The notes under the pieces were generated by a model. That model searched no databases, had not been told where the DNA came from, and worked only from the letters and a program-made list of their open reading frames with translations. From the IMG/VR virus record IMGVR_UViG_3300031902_000003, positions 1 to 64,000 of that record: DNA of 64,000 nt. One strand, written 5' to 3'. The stretch is from a virus (Duplodnaviria > Caudoviricetes). The translations under genes and the position numbers were made by a program. This document shows, one piece after another, positions 38,327 to 48,439 of the stretch; position 1 is the stretch's first letter, and every line of letters starts with the position of its first letter.

Positions 38327-38668
38327 ATGAGAGCTTTTATTCTTGTTAGAGTTCGTGGTGATTACAGTGACGCTCTGACTTCTCTTGTTCGTGGGTATTC
38401 AGTCAAGGAAAATGCAGAGTATGATCTAGATGTTTTAGAAAAAAGTGAGGTCGCTAGAGTGAAGGCTGTTTACAGCTGGGAAAAACAAAATAGAACTCGC
38501 TTCGAGATGGCTTGTGAATTACCAAATGGTGATCTTCGTACTCAAACATTCAACGAGTATTTTGGTGAAAGAGAACCTCTCATGAGGCCATCACCAGCCA
38601 TCGAAAAAATTGATCCAGACAATATGTGGAGTGATCGTTATTATATTGAAGAAGTAGAGATAGACTAG
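38327..38668 (+). CDS. hypothetical protein
   Basis: SD aaggag. Confidence 0.65.
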   Translation: MRAFILVRVRGDYSDALTSLVRGYSVKENAEYDLDVLEKSEVARVKAVYSWEKQNRTRFEMACELPNGDLRTQTFNEYFGEREPLMRPSPAIEKIDPDNMWSDRYYIEEVEID

Positions 38669-38669
38669 T

Positions 38670-38698
38670 TGTACCTCTGGAGATAGAAGAGTTATAAT
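38670..38698 (+). promoter_or_regulatory. early-type promoter
   Basis: TGTACC-17-TATAAT. Confidence 0.85.
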
Positions 38699-38727
38699 AG
38701 CTTCATGATCAACATGGAGAGTGCAAA

Positions 38728-40857
38728 TTGATTCCTGCTGCTAACGTAAGAACTGTGGCAAGTCGTGGCGTGATGGCTGGTGCAGAGTTTGGTATTTCTC
38801 TTGAAGACTCTGCACACATCATGACGATCCTTCGGGATACGTTGTACACTGACAAGATCATGGCTGTTCTTCGAGAGTACTCTGCAAATGCATGGGACTC
38901 TCATCGAATGGTCGGTAAGCCTGAGATGCCTATCAAGGTAATCATGCCGACCTACACAGATCCGACGTTGACCATCCAAGACTTCGGCGTTGGTCTGAGC
39001 CGAGATGATGTGTTCAACATCTATACACAGTATGGTGCTTCAACCAAGCGTGATAGCAACACAGCCGTTGGTATGCTCGGCATCGGTTCCAAGAGTGGAT
39101 TCGCATACTCTGACATGTTTACTGTCACTTCACGATTTGGTGGAGTCAAGAGTGTCTACTCTGCAATGCTTGATGCGTCTGACAAAGGCATCATCTCTCT
39201 GATCGGTGAGGAACCTTGCGGAGATGAGACTGGTATTGCCATCGAGATTCCTGTTAAGACTGAGGATATCGGAGAGTTTGAGGCGAAGGCTTGCCAGCTT
39301 TTCCGTCACTTCGATCCTCGTCCTGATATCAACATTGATCTTCCTGAGTTGCCAGATCTTCTTGGCAAGTTCAAGAATGGCACTCTGTACAACAAGAACA
39401 TGTACGATACTGGTACGATCGTTGCAGTCATGGGTTGCGTCCCATATCGATTGAACCTGAACCAGGTAGCTAACTTTAAGGAAGGTATGCCACAGTATAT
39501 GTGGCAGCTTAATGGAGCTCTTCACTTCGACATCGGAGAAGTCCATATCAATGCTTCACGTGAAGAGTTGAAGTACTCTGACCACACAAAGCGGAATGTT
39601 CTTGATAAATTGAACAAACTTGTTGAGGAGTACATCATTGAATCTGTGAAGGCCATCGATGATCCAAACACTTCATGCTGGGATAGACGCATCAAGGCAC
39701 AGGCTCTTCAGGCATTTAATGTTCTTGTTCCAAAGCATGTTAGGGGTTTTTGCGACAACTATGTTAAACTTGAAAAGCATATCCCAACGATTGAAGTTGA
39801 CAGTGGTTTGAACGATGGTAAGAAGAGAACCATCAAGCTGTTTCACTTTACTGGCAAGAAGAAGAAGGATCAGGTCGATTCGATCTATATCAACAGCAAG
39901 GCAAGGATCATCATCAAGGATACTCCGAAGTCTGTTCGCGGGTATAATCTTGGCGACCATGATATCGTCGTCTATCCTAACCGTGAACATCTTAAGAGCT
40001 TTACTGATCTACGTACGTTCCTTGATTGTTTGTTCACGATCACTGATTTGACTGGCATTCCTATTGTCAACATCTCTTCTCTTCCATGGGAATCAAATCG
40101 CAGGGATACTGGAGATAGGGTTGCAAATCCGAAGCATGGCCAGAAGTTCTTTGTCTACAACAACAGTACTTGCACCTCGTGGAGACGCAAATCGCGTGGT
40201 GAATCAATGGCATGGGACATCGTTGACCATGTTCCATCGAAGGAAGATGTCTACGTAGAGATTGAACACTTTAAGTGTAATATCGATCTTCCTCGCATCT
40301 ATAGTTCAGACAAGATTCTGTTTGAGAAGTTTGGAATCACGATGCCTCCAATCTATGCATACAAGATTGGCAAGCGCAATCCTTCATGTGCTCGTCTTGG
40401 TACTCACTATGAAGTGTGGCGCAAGGAAACTGCTCAGAACATCATGAAGAACAAGACGTTCATCGAACTTCTTGAAAGAGATTCATGGGTGAAGGCTGTC
40501 TATGAGCCTTACTCATATGAATACAATCAGCCAAGTTCTAAGACAGTGAAACATCTCAAGACTCTTGGAGAAGGACATCTTGTCTATGAGTTCTTTAAGA
40601 CCAGAGAATACTACAAGAGTCTTTTTGCATCTGAGAATGCAAGCGCTCTGATCAATACGATGAAAGGCATTCTCACAGATGCCGATATGAAAATCGACAG
40701 TGAGATTCCAATGGAAAAGGTCGAGTTGATTTATAAGACTTACCCAATTCTTTCCATTCAGGGTTTCAATCTTGTGAACCTTATGTTAAAATCAGATGAT
40801 AGTGAAAAGCTAATTAACTACATCAAGATGGTTGACTCTCAAAAGGACGGTGTATAA
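38728..40857 (+). CDS. rIIA: rIIA-like protein (GHKL ATPase N-terminus)
   Basis: ILRDTLYTDKIMAVLREYSANAWDSH, IQDFGVGLS, YGASTKRDSN..VGMLGIGSKS, SREEL. Confidence 0.9.
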   Translation: MIPAANVRTVASRGVMAGAEFGISLEDSAHIMTILRDTLYTDKIMAVLREYSANAWDSHRMVGKPEMPIKVIMPTYTDPTLTIQDFGVGLSRDDVFNIYTQYGASTKRDSNTAVGMLGIGSKSGFAYSDMFTVTSRFGGVKSVYSAMLDASDKGIISLIGEEPCGDETGIAIEIPVKTEDIGEFEAKACQLFRHFDPRPDINIDLPELPDLLGKFKNGTLYNKNMYDTGTIVAVMGCVPYRLNLNQVANFKEGMPQYMWQLNGALHFDIGEVHINASREELKYSDHTKRNVLDKLNKLVEEYIIESVKAIDDPNTSCWDRRIKAQALQAFNVLVPKHVRGFCDNYVKLEKHIPTIEVDSGLNDGKKRTIKLFHFTGKKKKDQVDSIYINSKARIIIKDTPKSVRGYNLGDHDIVVYPNREHLKSFTDLRTFLDCLFTITDLTGIPIVNISSLPWESNRRDTGDRVANPKHGQKFFVYNNSTCTSWRRKSRGESMAWDIVDHVPSKEDVYVEIEHFKCNIDLPRIYSSDKILFEKFGITMPPIYAYKIGKRNPSCARLGTHYEVWRKETAQNIMKNKTFIELLERDSWVKAVYEPYSYEYNQPSSKTVKHLKTLGEGHLVYEFFKTREYYKSLFASENASALINTMKGILTDADMKIDSEIPMEKVELIYKTYPILSIQGFNLVNLMLKSDDSEKLINYIKMVDSQKDGV

Positions 40858-41927
40858 TGAATTACACGATGACGAATGACACTGTAACTGTGTATCACAA
40901 CGGCAAGAACAACACTGTTCGGCGAGGGGCATCGAACTTCATGCAGCTTCGCAATGCTCTGGCTGCAGAGGATTGGGTTGCAGCTGAGCTGGCTCTTTCT
41001 GTGAAGACTGCTCTGCTTGCATGGGCCAAGGGTAAGTTCAAGATTGAAGGAAACATTATCACCCATGATGGCGAGGAACTTCCTCAGGCTCTCTCTCAGC
41101 GAATCATGAAGATGTCTGAGCTTGGTGAAGATGCAGGACCGGTCTGTAAGTTCTGGGAGAAGCTCAAGAAGAATCCTTCAAAGCGATCAGTTGATCAGCT
41201 CTGGCCGTTCCTTGACCAGAAGGGAATTCCTTTGACTCCAGAAGGTAACTTCCTTGCCTATAAGGGTGTTCGCAGCGACTTCAAGGATGCTCATTCTGGA
41301 ATGTTTGATAACAGTCCTGGTGCTGTCAATGAGATGCCTCGCAACAAGATCTCCGATGATCCCAACGAGGCATGTCATGAAGGGTTTCACGTCGGTGCTC
41401 TTGAGTACGCCAGAACCTTCTCTGAACGTGTGGTCATTTGTGAAGTCGATCCCGCCGATGTTGTCTGCATTCCTTACGATCATTCTCACCAGAAGATGCG
41501 AGTCTCCAAGTATAAGGTCATCGGTAACCACAATGGACAGTTCCTGTCGAATACTGTGAACGATGCAGAGATTCCTGATATCGACGTTGACATGGATGAC
41601 GATGACAATCAGTGTCAGGATGGTGATTGTGGTTGGTGTGACAACTGCGACGATGAACAGAATGATGAACCCTGTGATGACTGCAGTGGGTGTGATGACT
41701 GCGATCCAAAGGAAGAAGTCAGAGTTGTTGCACCAGTCGGCTTCATTGTCCCGAAGAAGTATGACAGGTTTCAGAAGCTTGAAACCTTTCAGCTTTTCAA
41801 CGAGACCATGGAAACTCTTAGGGATTACGCTCGAAATGGCCTGAAGATCGTCGGTGCATCAAAGATTCCAGGTGGGAAGATTGCATTGGTCGATGTCATC
41901 GAGAGGACCAGAGACTCACGGAAGTGA
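40857..41927 (+). CDS. rIIB: rIIB-like protein
   Basis: NPSKRSVDQLWPFL, TPEGNFLAYKGV, DNSPG..NEMPR, CHEGFHVG, EVDPADVVCIP, KMRVSKY; adjacent to rIIA. Confidence 0.9.
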   Translation: MNYTMTNDTVTVYHNGKNNTVRRGASNFMQLRNALAAEDWVAAELALSVKTALLAWAKGKFKIEGNIITHDGEELPQALSQRIMKMSELGEDAGPVCKFWEKLKKNPSKRSVDQLWPFLDQKGIPLTPEGNFLAYKGVRSDFKDAHSGMFDNSPGAVNEMPRNKISDDPNEACHEGFHVGALEYARTFSERVVICEVDPADVVCIPYDHSHQKMRVSKYKVIGNHNGQFLSNTVNDAEIPDIDVDMDDDDNQCQDGDCGWCDNCDDEQNDEPCDDCSGCDDCDPKEEVRVVAPVGFIVPKKYDRFQKLETFQLFNETMETLRDYARNGLKIVGASKIPGGKIALVDVIERTRDSRK

Positions 41928-41934
41928 TCTGAGT

Positions 41935-41963
41935 TGTACTTCTTGAAGTGAAAGGGTTATAAT
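41935..41963 (+). promoter_or_regulatory. early-type promoter
   Basis: TGTACT-17-TATAAT; ATG 7 nt downstream. Confidence 0.85.
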
Positions 41964-41969
41964 AGCTTC

Positions 41970-43436
41970 ATGATCGACTCCAACCGTCAATGGTCAGAGC
42001 AGCAGAAGGTTATTTTCAATCACTTCAAGACCGGTAAGGGGAACGTGGTGGTCAGAGCTCGGGCTGGTACCGGGAAGACCACCACGATCCTCGAGGGGAT
42101 TAGCTACGCTCCTGAAGGCAAGATTCTTCTGGCTGCCTTCAACAAGAAGATCGCCGAGGAACTGAAGCTTAAACTCAAGAATTCTAATGCTGAAGCCAAG
42201 ACTCTGCATTCTATTGGATTTGGTTTCATCCTTCGGAACTGGACCAATGTGACTGTGGACGCAGACCGCGGTCTTCGTCTTGCTCGGCAGGCCATGGGTA
42301 ACTCTGCTCCAGATCCTATTGTGTTGCTGGTTAAGCGACTGGCCGAGAAGGGGAAGAACATGTTTCCCTTTCCCACTGAAGCTCAGATGGTTGATACTGC
42401 ATATGCATTCGACCTTGAGCCTGATGAACAGTGGGAGGAAGATGGTTGGAACATCGATGCAGTTGTTATCGGTGCAATGCGAGCCATGGAACTTGCCTGC
42501 GTCAAGGACGGAACCATCGACTTCGACGACATGGTCTTCCTTCCCGTCCGTAATAAGTGGGTCAAGGGTCGTTATGACATGGTCGTGATCGATGAAGCTC
42601 AAGACATGAATGCAACTCAGATCACTCTGGCTCGTGGAATTTGCAAGCCAACTGGCCGAATCTTCGTTATCGGTGATGACCGCCAGGCAATCTATGGCTT
42701 CCGCGGGGCAGACTCTGGTTCCATTGATCGTCTTAAGAAAGAACTGAATGCAACCGAAACTGGTCTGACCATCACTTACCGTTGTCCTAAGATGATTGTC
42801 AAATCTGCCCAGAAGCTTGTTCCAGACTATGTGGCTGCTCCTACTGCACCGGAGGGTGTGATTGAAGATATTGGCTTTGAGAAGCTTCATGAACTTGCTG
42901 ATCGTGGCAATTTCGTTCTTAGCCGTAAGAATGCTCCTCTCGCGAAGGTATGTCTCCGTCTTCTCCGTCATGGTAAGCGTGCTATGATCGAGGGTAAGGA
43001 CGTTGGTAATAGTCTTGTTGCTCTCGTGAAGCGTGTGGGTGGCAAGAGCATGCCTGACTTCCTGACCAAGCTGACCAAGTGGGAGGAGAAGCAGATCAAG
43101 CGCTTCAAGGCTATCGGTAAGAAGTCAGCCGAAGACAAGATCGAGGGTGTGAGGGATCAGGCTGAAACTCTCCGAGCTCTTGCTGAAGGTATGGCTGGTC
43201 TCAAGGAACTTCAGACTCGGATCTCTTCTCTCTTTACCGAGACTCCTGGTGGAAAGGCTGACTACATCATCTGCAGCTCTGTCCACAAGAGCAAGGGTCT
43301 GGAGTCTGATACTGTCTTCATCCTTCGTGATACGCTTTATCCTGGTGGTCGGATGGACCTCGAGGAGCAGAATATCGAATATGTAGCTATCACTCGCGCC
43401 AAGCGGAAGTTGGTGTGGGTTAACGGAGTCTCATAA
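41970..43436 (+). CDS. uvrD: UvrD/Rep-family SF1 helicase
   Basis: ARAGTGKTTT, AFNK, TLHS, VIDEAQD, IGDDRQAIYGFRGA, TYRCP, SVHKSKGLE, YVAITRAK. Confidence 0.93.
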   Translation: MIDSNRQWSEQQKVIFNHFKTGKGNVVVRARAGTGKTTTILEGISYAPEGKILLAAFNKKIAEELKLKLKNSNAEAKTLHSIGFGFILRNWTNVTVDADRGLRLARQAMGNSAPDPIVLLVKRLAEKGKNMFPFPTEAQMVDTAYAFDLEPDEQWEEDGWNIDAVVIGAMRAMELACVKDGTIDFDDMVFLPVRNKWVKGRYDMVVIDEAQDMNATQITLARGICKPTGRIFVIGDDRQAIYGFRGADSGSIDRLKKELNATETGLTITYRCPKMIVKSAQKLVPDYVAAPTAPEGVIEDIGFEKLHELADRGNFVLSRKNAPLAKVCLRLLRHGKRAMIEGKDVGNSLVALVKRVGGKSMPDFLTKLTKWEEKQIKRFKAIGKKSAEDKIEGVRDQAETLRALAEGMAGLKELQTRISSLFTETPGGKADYIICSSVHKSKGLESDTVFILRDTLYPGGRMDLEEQNIEYVAITRAKRKLVWVNGVS

Positions 43437-43705
43437 TGCCAAACATATCATCTCTCGTAGACAACATTATTGGTGCCGCAAGACGGTACAAGAAGAACCA
43501 ACGGCATAGTGGTGGGCGCTATGGCAAGATCTTCACGACGAATCAACTGATAGACGAGATTGCCGAGACGCTGTTATTGGCTAGAAATGCAGATTATCAA
43601 TATCTCTTCAGAGCTTGTGATGTTGGTCCAGTTGCTGAGGAACTTGCTACGCTGATTGAAAATTCAACCCCTGAAAGAATTCCACTTAAGGGTAGGAAGA
43701 AGTGA
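43436..43705 (+). CDS. hypothetical protein
   Basis: TAATG coupling. Confidence 0.6.
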   Translation: MPNISSLVDNIIGAARRYKKNQRHSGGRYGKIFTTNQLIDEIAETLLLARNADYQYLFRACDVGPVAEELATLIENSTPERIPLKGRKK

Positions 43706-44142
43706 ACAAGATTATCTTTCTAGATTTCGACGGTGTCCTCAATACAGAGAGCACTGTTGAACGCATCACTGTTCCTCCATGGTCTGGAATTCGTGGACTA
43801 GATAATGAAAAGGTTGTTCTTGTTTCAGATCTTGCAATTGAAACTGGAGCCGATGTTGTTATCTCTTCATCATGGAGATATCATTTTGACATGCCAGATC
43901 TTAAGCAGCTTCTTGTAACCAGAGGTTGGAAAGCCAATATCATTGGGATGACTCCAATAAAGTTAAGTCTGGATCGTCAGGATGAGATTGCTATGTGGAT
44001 GGAATTAAATGGAAAGCCAGATAAGTTTCTTGTTTTAGACGATCTTTACACAAGATACAAAGATAATCAAATTCTAACAAATGATGTCGAAGGATTTCAC
44101 GCTGGTCTCTATGAGAGAGCTCTGAAGATTCTTGGTGATTAA
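43702..44142 (+). CDS. HAD-domain protein (Swiss-Army-knife RNA-repair-like)
   Basis: IIFLDFDGVLN, VISSSWR, RQDEI, FLVLDD. Confidence 0.85.
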   Translation: MNKIIFLDFDGVLNTESTVERITVPPWSGIRGLDNEKVVLVSDLAIETGADVVISSSWRYHFDMPDLKQLLVTRGWKANIIGMTPIKLSLDRQDEIAMWMELNGKPDKFLVLDDLYTRYKDNQILTNDVEGFHAGLYERALKILGD

Positions 44143-44145
44143 AGT

Positions 44146-44174
44146 TTTCTATCTTGAGTGAAAGGTGTTATAAT
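44146..44174 (+). promoter_or_regulatory. early-type promoter (weaker -35)
   Basis: TTTCTA-17-TATAAT with TGT extended -10. Confidence 0.6.
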
Positions 44175-44181
44175 CTTCTAT

Positions 44182-44382
44182 ATGAAAGACAACTCTCTAG
44201 GCTTCACAGACGAGCAGCTTGAATCTCTTACAAGAGCTCTTACCGAGAGACTGAACAGCTTCTCTCTCTTTCCTCACCAGCGTCTTGGCTTTCCTCCTTT
44301 TGCTCAGGGAAAGGATGTCGATCTTCCCAAGCTTTCTGCCGAGGCAACCTTGAAGAATTTTAAGATGGAGTTCAAGTCATGA
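44182..44382 (+). CDS. hypothetical protein
   Basis: ATG 8 nt after the -10 (the track start 44158 lies inside the promoter). Confidence 0.55.
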   Translation: MKDNSLGFTDEQLESLTRALTERLNSFSLFPHQRLGFPPFAQGKDVDLPKLSAEATLKNFKMEFKS

Positions 44383-44603
44383 GCACTCCGCGCAAGAAGA
44401 TTCTCCGCAATGCAGCAAAGTGCAGGCTTTGTCATGATGTAATCGAATCAAAGGATCGCCATGACTTCGCTCAGTGCAAGTGTGGAGAGATCTTCGTTGA
44501 TGGAGGTCTTGATTATATCAGAGCTGGTGCCAAGAACTTTGATAACTTCGAAAGTCTTGCTGAAGTTGAAGGAGATCAAGATGAGAAAGAAAGTAAAGCC
44601 TGA
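44379..44603 (+). CDS. conserved phage zinc-finger protein
   Basis: NAAKCRLCHDVIES..RHDF..CKCG...VDGG.DY. Confidence 0.75.
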   Translation: MSTPRKKILRNAAKCRLCHDVIESKDRHDFAQCKCGEIFVDGGLDYIRAGAKNFDNFESLAEVEGDQDEKESKA

Positions 44604-44783
44604 AGTTAAGCCTCGGAATTTTGTTCTCTGTCCTGCCTGTAATTCAAAGTCTAAAGTTTTGTACAGTGAGATGGGTGGTCTACAGACCAGACAGTGTAGA
44701 TATGGTCATAGATTCGAGTATGATAAGTGGATTGCAGATAGATTGTTCTGGAATCCTGTCGCCAACCCGTATGGAAAGGCTCG

Positions 44784-45338
44784 ATGAATTACTTTACTTC
44801 TGACACTCACTTCTTTCACTCGAACATTATCACTTACTGTAAACGTCCATTCACTTCTCGTGAGGGTGATAAGGAAGTTCCTGATGCGTTCTACATGAAT
44901 CGTGAGCTGATAAAACGGTGGAATGATCGTGTCAAGCCAAACGACATCGTCTATCATCTCGGCGACTTCTCAATGGGTCCAAGGAATCTTCTTCCTACAA
45001 TCCGCAAGAAGCTTAATGGAACGATCGTCCTGATTCGTGGCAATCATGATAGATCTCCAGCCACTATGTTCGAAGCTGGTATAGATCAAGTTCATGAAGA
45101 TCTTATGATGATGCTCGATGGTCATACAGTTTATATGCGTCATAAGCCACTTGGATATGGAGAACCACTCAAGTCAGAGTTCATGTTCTGTGGTCATATT
45201 CATGAGCGGTGGCGTCGCATTGGTAATATGATCAATGTCGGCGTCGATGTCTGGGATTATACTCCAAGAACTTTTGAAGAGCTTATTGCTGCTCCTGAAG
45301 ATAAGGATACACACCGCTCTGAGGAGAATGACGAGTGA
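44784..45338 (+). CDS. calcineurin-like metallophosphoesterase
   Basis: SDTHFFH, YHLGDF, GNHD, H-P, GHIH, NVGVD. Confidence 0.9.
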   Translation: MNYFTSDTHFFHSNIITYCKRPFTSREGDKEVPDAFYMNRELIKRWNDRVKPNDIVYHLGDFSMGPRNLLPTIRKKLNGTIVLIRGNHDRSPATMFEAGIDQVHEDLMMMLDGHTVYMRHKPLGYGEPLKSEFMFCGHIHERWRRIGNMINVGVDVWDYTPRTFEELIAAPEDKDTHRSEENDE

Positions 45339-45871
45339 AACGAATTCTAATCTCTGCACTTCTTCTCTTCATGAGCTGCGCTGCTGTGAAGACAACTGAG
45401 AATGAAGTGGCAATCCACATTAGACAAGGTGGATCTCAGTGTTCCACAAGCATCTGTGGTATCACAGCTCAGAATCTTTCGAAGGAAGAATGTATGTTGT
45501 TCAATGACTTCGAGTTTGAATTCTTCGGAGCTCTTACTTCACAGACAAAGATTACTGGCATTCAAGCACAGACTGCGTGCACAAGACTTAGAAACTGGAA
45601 TGTTGTCGTGGTTGATGCTGACAACCACGGATCGTGGCAGCTCGGTAAGACTTGGGTCGATGGAGCAACAACTTGCAAGTCAAGGCTTATTTTCGTAGGA
45701 CTTCCCGCTGGGTATATTCTCTCAGCTCTTCCTCATGAAATGTTTCATGCCTTAGAATGTGTTCTTGAAACTCCAGTTAGTGATGACAAGCATTTTGCCT
45801 GGAAAGAAAAAGGTTACTGCGATGTCATTTCTAAGATGAGCATGAGGCCAGATGGATGCTCAAAGGATTAA
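45335..45871 (+). CDS. putative lipoprotein with HExxH metallopeptidase motif
   Basis: Signal peptide LLFMSC; LPHEMFHALE. Confidence 0.65.
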   Translation: MKRILISALLLFMSCAAVKTTENEVAIHIRQGGSQCSTSICGITAQNLSKEECMLFNDFEFEFFGALTSQTKITGIQAQTACTRLRNWNVVVVDADNHGSWQLGKTWVDGATTCKSRLIFVGLPAGYILSALPHEMFHALECVLETPVSDDKHFAWKEKGYCDVISKMSMRPDGCSKD

Positions 45872-45876
45872 CATCT

Positions 45877-45974
45877 GATCACCCACGTTGGCATATGGAG
45901 TGACGAGGCCTATCAGCCATTAGAATACTCATCCTATTAATCTCGTCCCTTCTGAGTGTCACTGGCTCCCTTAG
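45877..45974. repeat. structured dispersed repeat, copy A
   Basis: 33-bp CTCGTCCCTTCTGAGTGTCACTGGCTCCCTTAG (45942-45974) identical to 55072-55104; upstream GGAGTGACGAG can pair with CTCGTCCCTTC. Confidence 0.85.
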
Positions 45975-46003
45975 TGTACTTCTTGAATTAGACATGTTAT
46001 AAT
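45975..46003 (+). promoter_or_regulatory. early-type promoter
   Basis: TGTACT-17-TATAAT; ATG 7 nt downstream. Confidence 0.85.
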
Positions 46004-46009
46004 CTTCTT

Positions 46010-46174
46010 ATGAATAAGAAAGCCAAGATCGATCCGAATAAGTTGAAGACCAGAGACTACTTCATGTTGAAGGTTATTTCTGGTGTCACGAAGGCTGGCA
46101 CTTTCAAGGACCGTAAGAAGCAGAAGAACAAGATGTCTTGCCGTGAAAATATTTCGAGGGAGATTTGGTCATGA
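46010..46174 (+). CDS. small basic protein (54 aa), apparently leaderless; not in the ORF track
   Basis: MNKKAKIDPNKLKTRDYFM...; ATG at the predicted +1. Confidence 0.6.
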   Translation: MNKKAKIDPNKLKTRDYFMLKVISGVTKAGTFKDRKKQKNKMSCRENISREIWS

Positions 46175-46500
46175 AGCCAGTTGAAGTCATTTGGTTTCCG
46201 AAGCTCTGTCCTCACTGCAAGGGTATCATGCGGTGGGCGTATGTTCGCTGGGTTTGTTTCCGTTGTGAGGAGAATGAATGAGCACTGCAAACTTTGGAAA
46301 CATTGTTGGTCGAGATGTTTGGTTCTCTAAGGTCATCGATGGAGACAAGGACAAATACGGCACGATCATTGCCGCTGACGTTGGCGATCGTGGCATTCGT
46401 GTCTATGTTGAAGATATCGTTCTTGGTTCAATCTGGCAGAGGGAACTGTATCTTGTTAAGTTTAACAAGGATCTAGAAACTGACGAGGAGTATCCATAAC

Positions 46501-47043
46501 ATGCGATTTGCTTTAATTCTCGGTATCATGCTTACAGGATGTATAGGATGTAGTCCACGTAACGGTCTTATCTCCACGATGTGCGGAGCTGCGCTTGTAG
46601 TAGATGATCATCCGTATCCAGCCTCGATGCAGTATGCCAGCTTTCGTCCTGAAGATCAATTGTTATGGACTCAGGAAGATCTAGACAATGCTGAGACTAC
46701 CGCTATCGTTCATCTTAATGACCTTCCGACTCTGATGTCTGGAGATCATCTTTGCAATAGACTTAGAACAGTGACAATCATTCAGGAACCGAATTCGGTA
46801 TGGATAGATCCTTGGAGGCGAGACGTTGCAGGGATGACAGAGTGTGACTTGTCACGCATCTATATTGGAACAGGACCATACAGAGATAATGCATATGCGC
46901 ATGAACTTGCGCATCTTGCGCAGAATTGTAATTCTCCACTTCCTATCGACGAACATCTAGATTATGACCATTCCAATTGGAACCGAGACGGGATCTATGA
47001 CGCTATATTTCTGTCTCAGGGATATGTGCGGAGCATTCATTGA
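46501..47043 (+). CDS. putative lipoprotein with HExxH metallopeptidase motif (probable paralog of 45335)
   Basis: Signal peptide MLTGC; G.T.C..SRIYIG; YAHELAHLAQ. Confidence 0.65.
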   Translation: MRFALILGIMLTGCIGCSPRNGLISTMCGAALVVDDHPYPASMQYASFRPEDQLLWTQEDLDNAETTAIVHLNDLPTLMSGDHLCNRLRTVTIIQEPNSVWIDPWRRDVAGMTECDLSRIYIGTGPYRDNAYAHELAHLAQNCNSPLPIDEHLDYDHSNWNRDGIYDAIFLSQGYVRSIH

Positions 47044-47279
47044 GACTCGTTCTACTTCTGCTCTTCACTTCATGCATCTCATGGCAGCCTTCAGCTAGAG
47101 CCAGCGCTCGCTGGGCCGAGAGCCAGAGACTTAGGCAATGTCTGGAGTCTACAAATTGTATGTATCCTCAGCTCTGTCGTGAGGAATCTAATGTGAGATG
47201 TAGAGCTATGGGACTTGAACGTGGCTGTGGTATCGATGATCTTTGGGGAAGACCTTTGAACTGTAATAGGAATTATTGA
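47040..47279 (+). CDS. small Cys-rich putative lipoprotein
   Basis: LLLLFTSC lipobox-like motif followed by six further Cys. Confidence 0.6.
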   Translation: MRLVLLLLFTSCISWQPSARASARWAESQRLRQCLESTNCMYPQLCREESNVRCRAMGLERGCGIDDLWGRPLNCNRNY

Positions 47280-47308
47280 TATACTTCTGGAGATAGAAGT
47301 GTTATAAT
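47280..47308 (+). promoter_or_regulatory. early-type promoter
   Basis: TATACT-17-TATAAT. Confidence 0.8.
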
Positions 47309-47317
47309 GGTCTCATA

Positions 47318-47773
47318 ATGAAAACCACCACTACTGAAAAGTATACCCTTGGTAAGTACCACCTCGAAAACAGCATGGAGAGGATGATGGATCTCGTATG
47401 CTGTGGTCTGGAGAGCGGAACTTATGGTTCCTTCTGCATTGTTAAGTACGTGAAGCCTGAGAAGATTGAGTTCACGATCGATACTATTGGAGGCAATACC
47501 AACTACGCAGATTGTGCAGTCTACAAGCACATCGACTATCCTTTCAATCACGGTGGTGCTGTGATCTTCAAGATCAAGGATGACTACTGCGATTCCGAGG
47601 AAGATGACAAGCAGCGCTTCACTCTTGATCGTGAGGCTCTCATGCGCGGCATGCAGATTCTGATGGAAAAGTATCCTCGAATCTACGGGGACTGGATCAA
47701 GGATAACGAAGACGCTCTGACCGGTGACGCTTTCATCCAGTGTTGTCTTCTTGGGGAAGTGGTTTATGGTTAA
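47318..47773 (+). CDS. conserved phage hypothetical protein
   Basis: C-terminal DALTGDAFIQCCLLGEVVYG motif. Confidence 0.75.
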   Translation: MKTTTTEKYTLGKYHLENSMERMMDLVCCGLESGTYGSFCIVKYVKPEKIEFTIDTIGGNTNYADCAVYKHIDYPFNHGGAVIFKIKDDYCDSEEDDKQRFTLDREALMRGMQILMEKYPRIYGDWIKDNEDALTGDAFIQCCLLGEVVYG

Positions 47774-48013
47774 CGCGAACGACCTGTTCTTGAACATCTG
47801 GTCTTCTAGACTTAACTCTGAAGACTACGATCAGCCGGGATCAGATGACTGGGAAAAGAATCGCAATCGTATTCATCATGATTACTTGAAAGCTTGGATC
47901 GATTGCCAGAAGCTTGTAGAGCATCTGAACCAGTTTGATTATCTTTCGAATGCTGTTAACACGATCAAGTCAGAGACTCAAAGTACTGGTCCATGTATGT
48001 GTGGAAGTATTGA

Positions 48014-48280
48014 ATGCAGTGTCTGCGGTATGGAGGACGTATAATGCCTGACGTAGATGGTATCCCGATTGAGAAGTATAATCGCCTTGTCTGTGATGCG
48101 ATTGAAGACATTGAACGAGTTGGTGGATATATCTCGTTCAGTGGCCAGAGTTCATGTGATGACCTTGAATCTGGTTGCCTCGGTTGGGATGGAGTTTCTT
48201 ACCGTTGTTCTTGCGGTAACCGCAGAGTTTACTGGGAGATCTCGGATGACGGAGAAAGTGTATATGCCTGTGCCAATTGA
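48014..48280 (+). CDS. Cys-containing hypothetical protein
   Basis: GWDG...RCSCGNRRVYW. Confidence 0.55.
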   Translation: MQCLRYGGRIMPDVDGIPIEKYNRLVCDAIEDIERVGGYISFSGQSSCDDLESGCLGWDGVSYRCSCGNRRVYWEISDDGESVYACAN

Positions 48281-48439
48281 TAACTCTTGTCTAGAAGCTC
48301 AGAGGAAATTGAATGTTGTTATCCGCAAGTTCAACGATGCTTGTAATGATTCAGACGATCCTGTCGGAACTCTGATGATCATGAAGGAGATGGCCAAGAT
48401 CTATTCTGAACTTAAGCATCTCCTTGAACCGAGTTCTGG

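Noticed and set aside
45877-45974. Hammerhead or HDV/theta ribozyme call for the dispersed repeat and for the 28149 element
   Set aside because: No CUGANGA...GAAA core in the correct junction positions and no convincing HDV double pseudoknot on either strand.
557-47797. Numerous - strand ORFs of 60-325 aa under + strand genes (e.g. 20221-20991, 31375-32085, 41994-42971, 47273-47797)
   Set aside because: Antisense shadows of well-supported genes, with no SD, promoter or recognisable motif.
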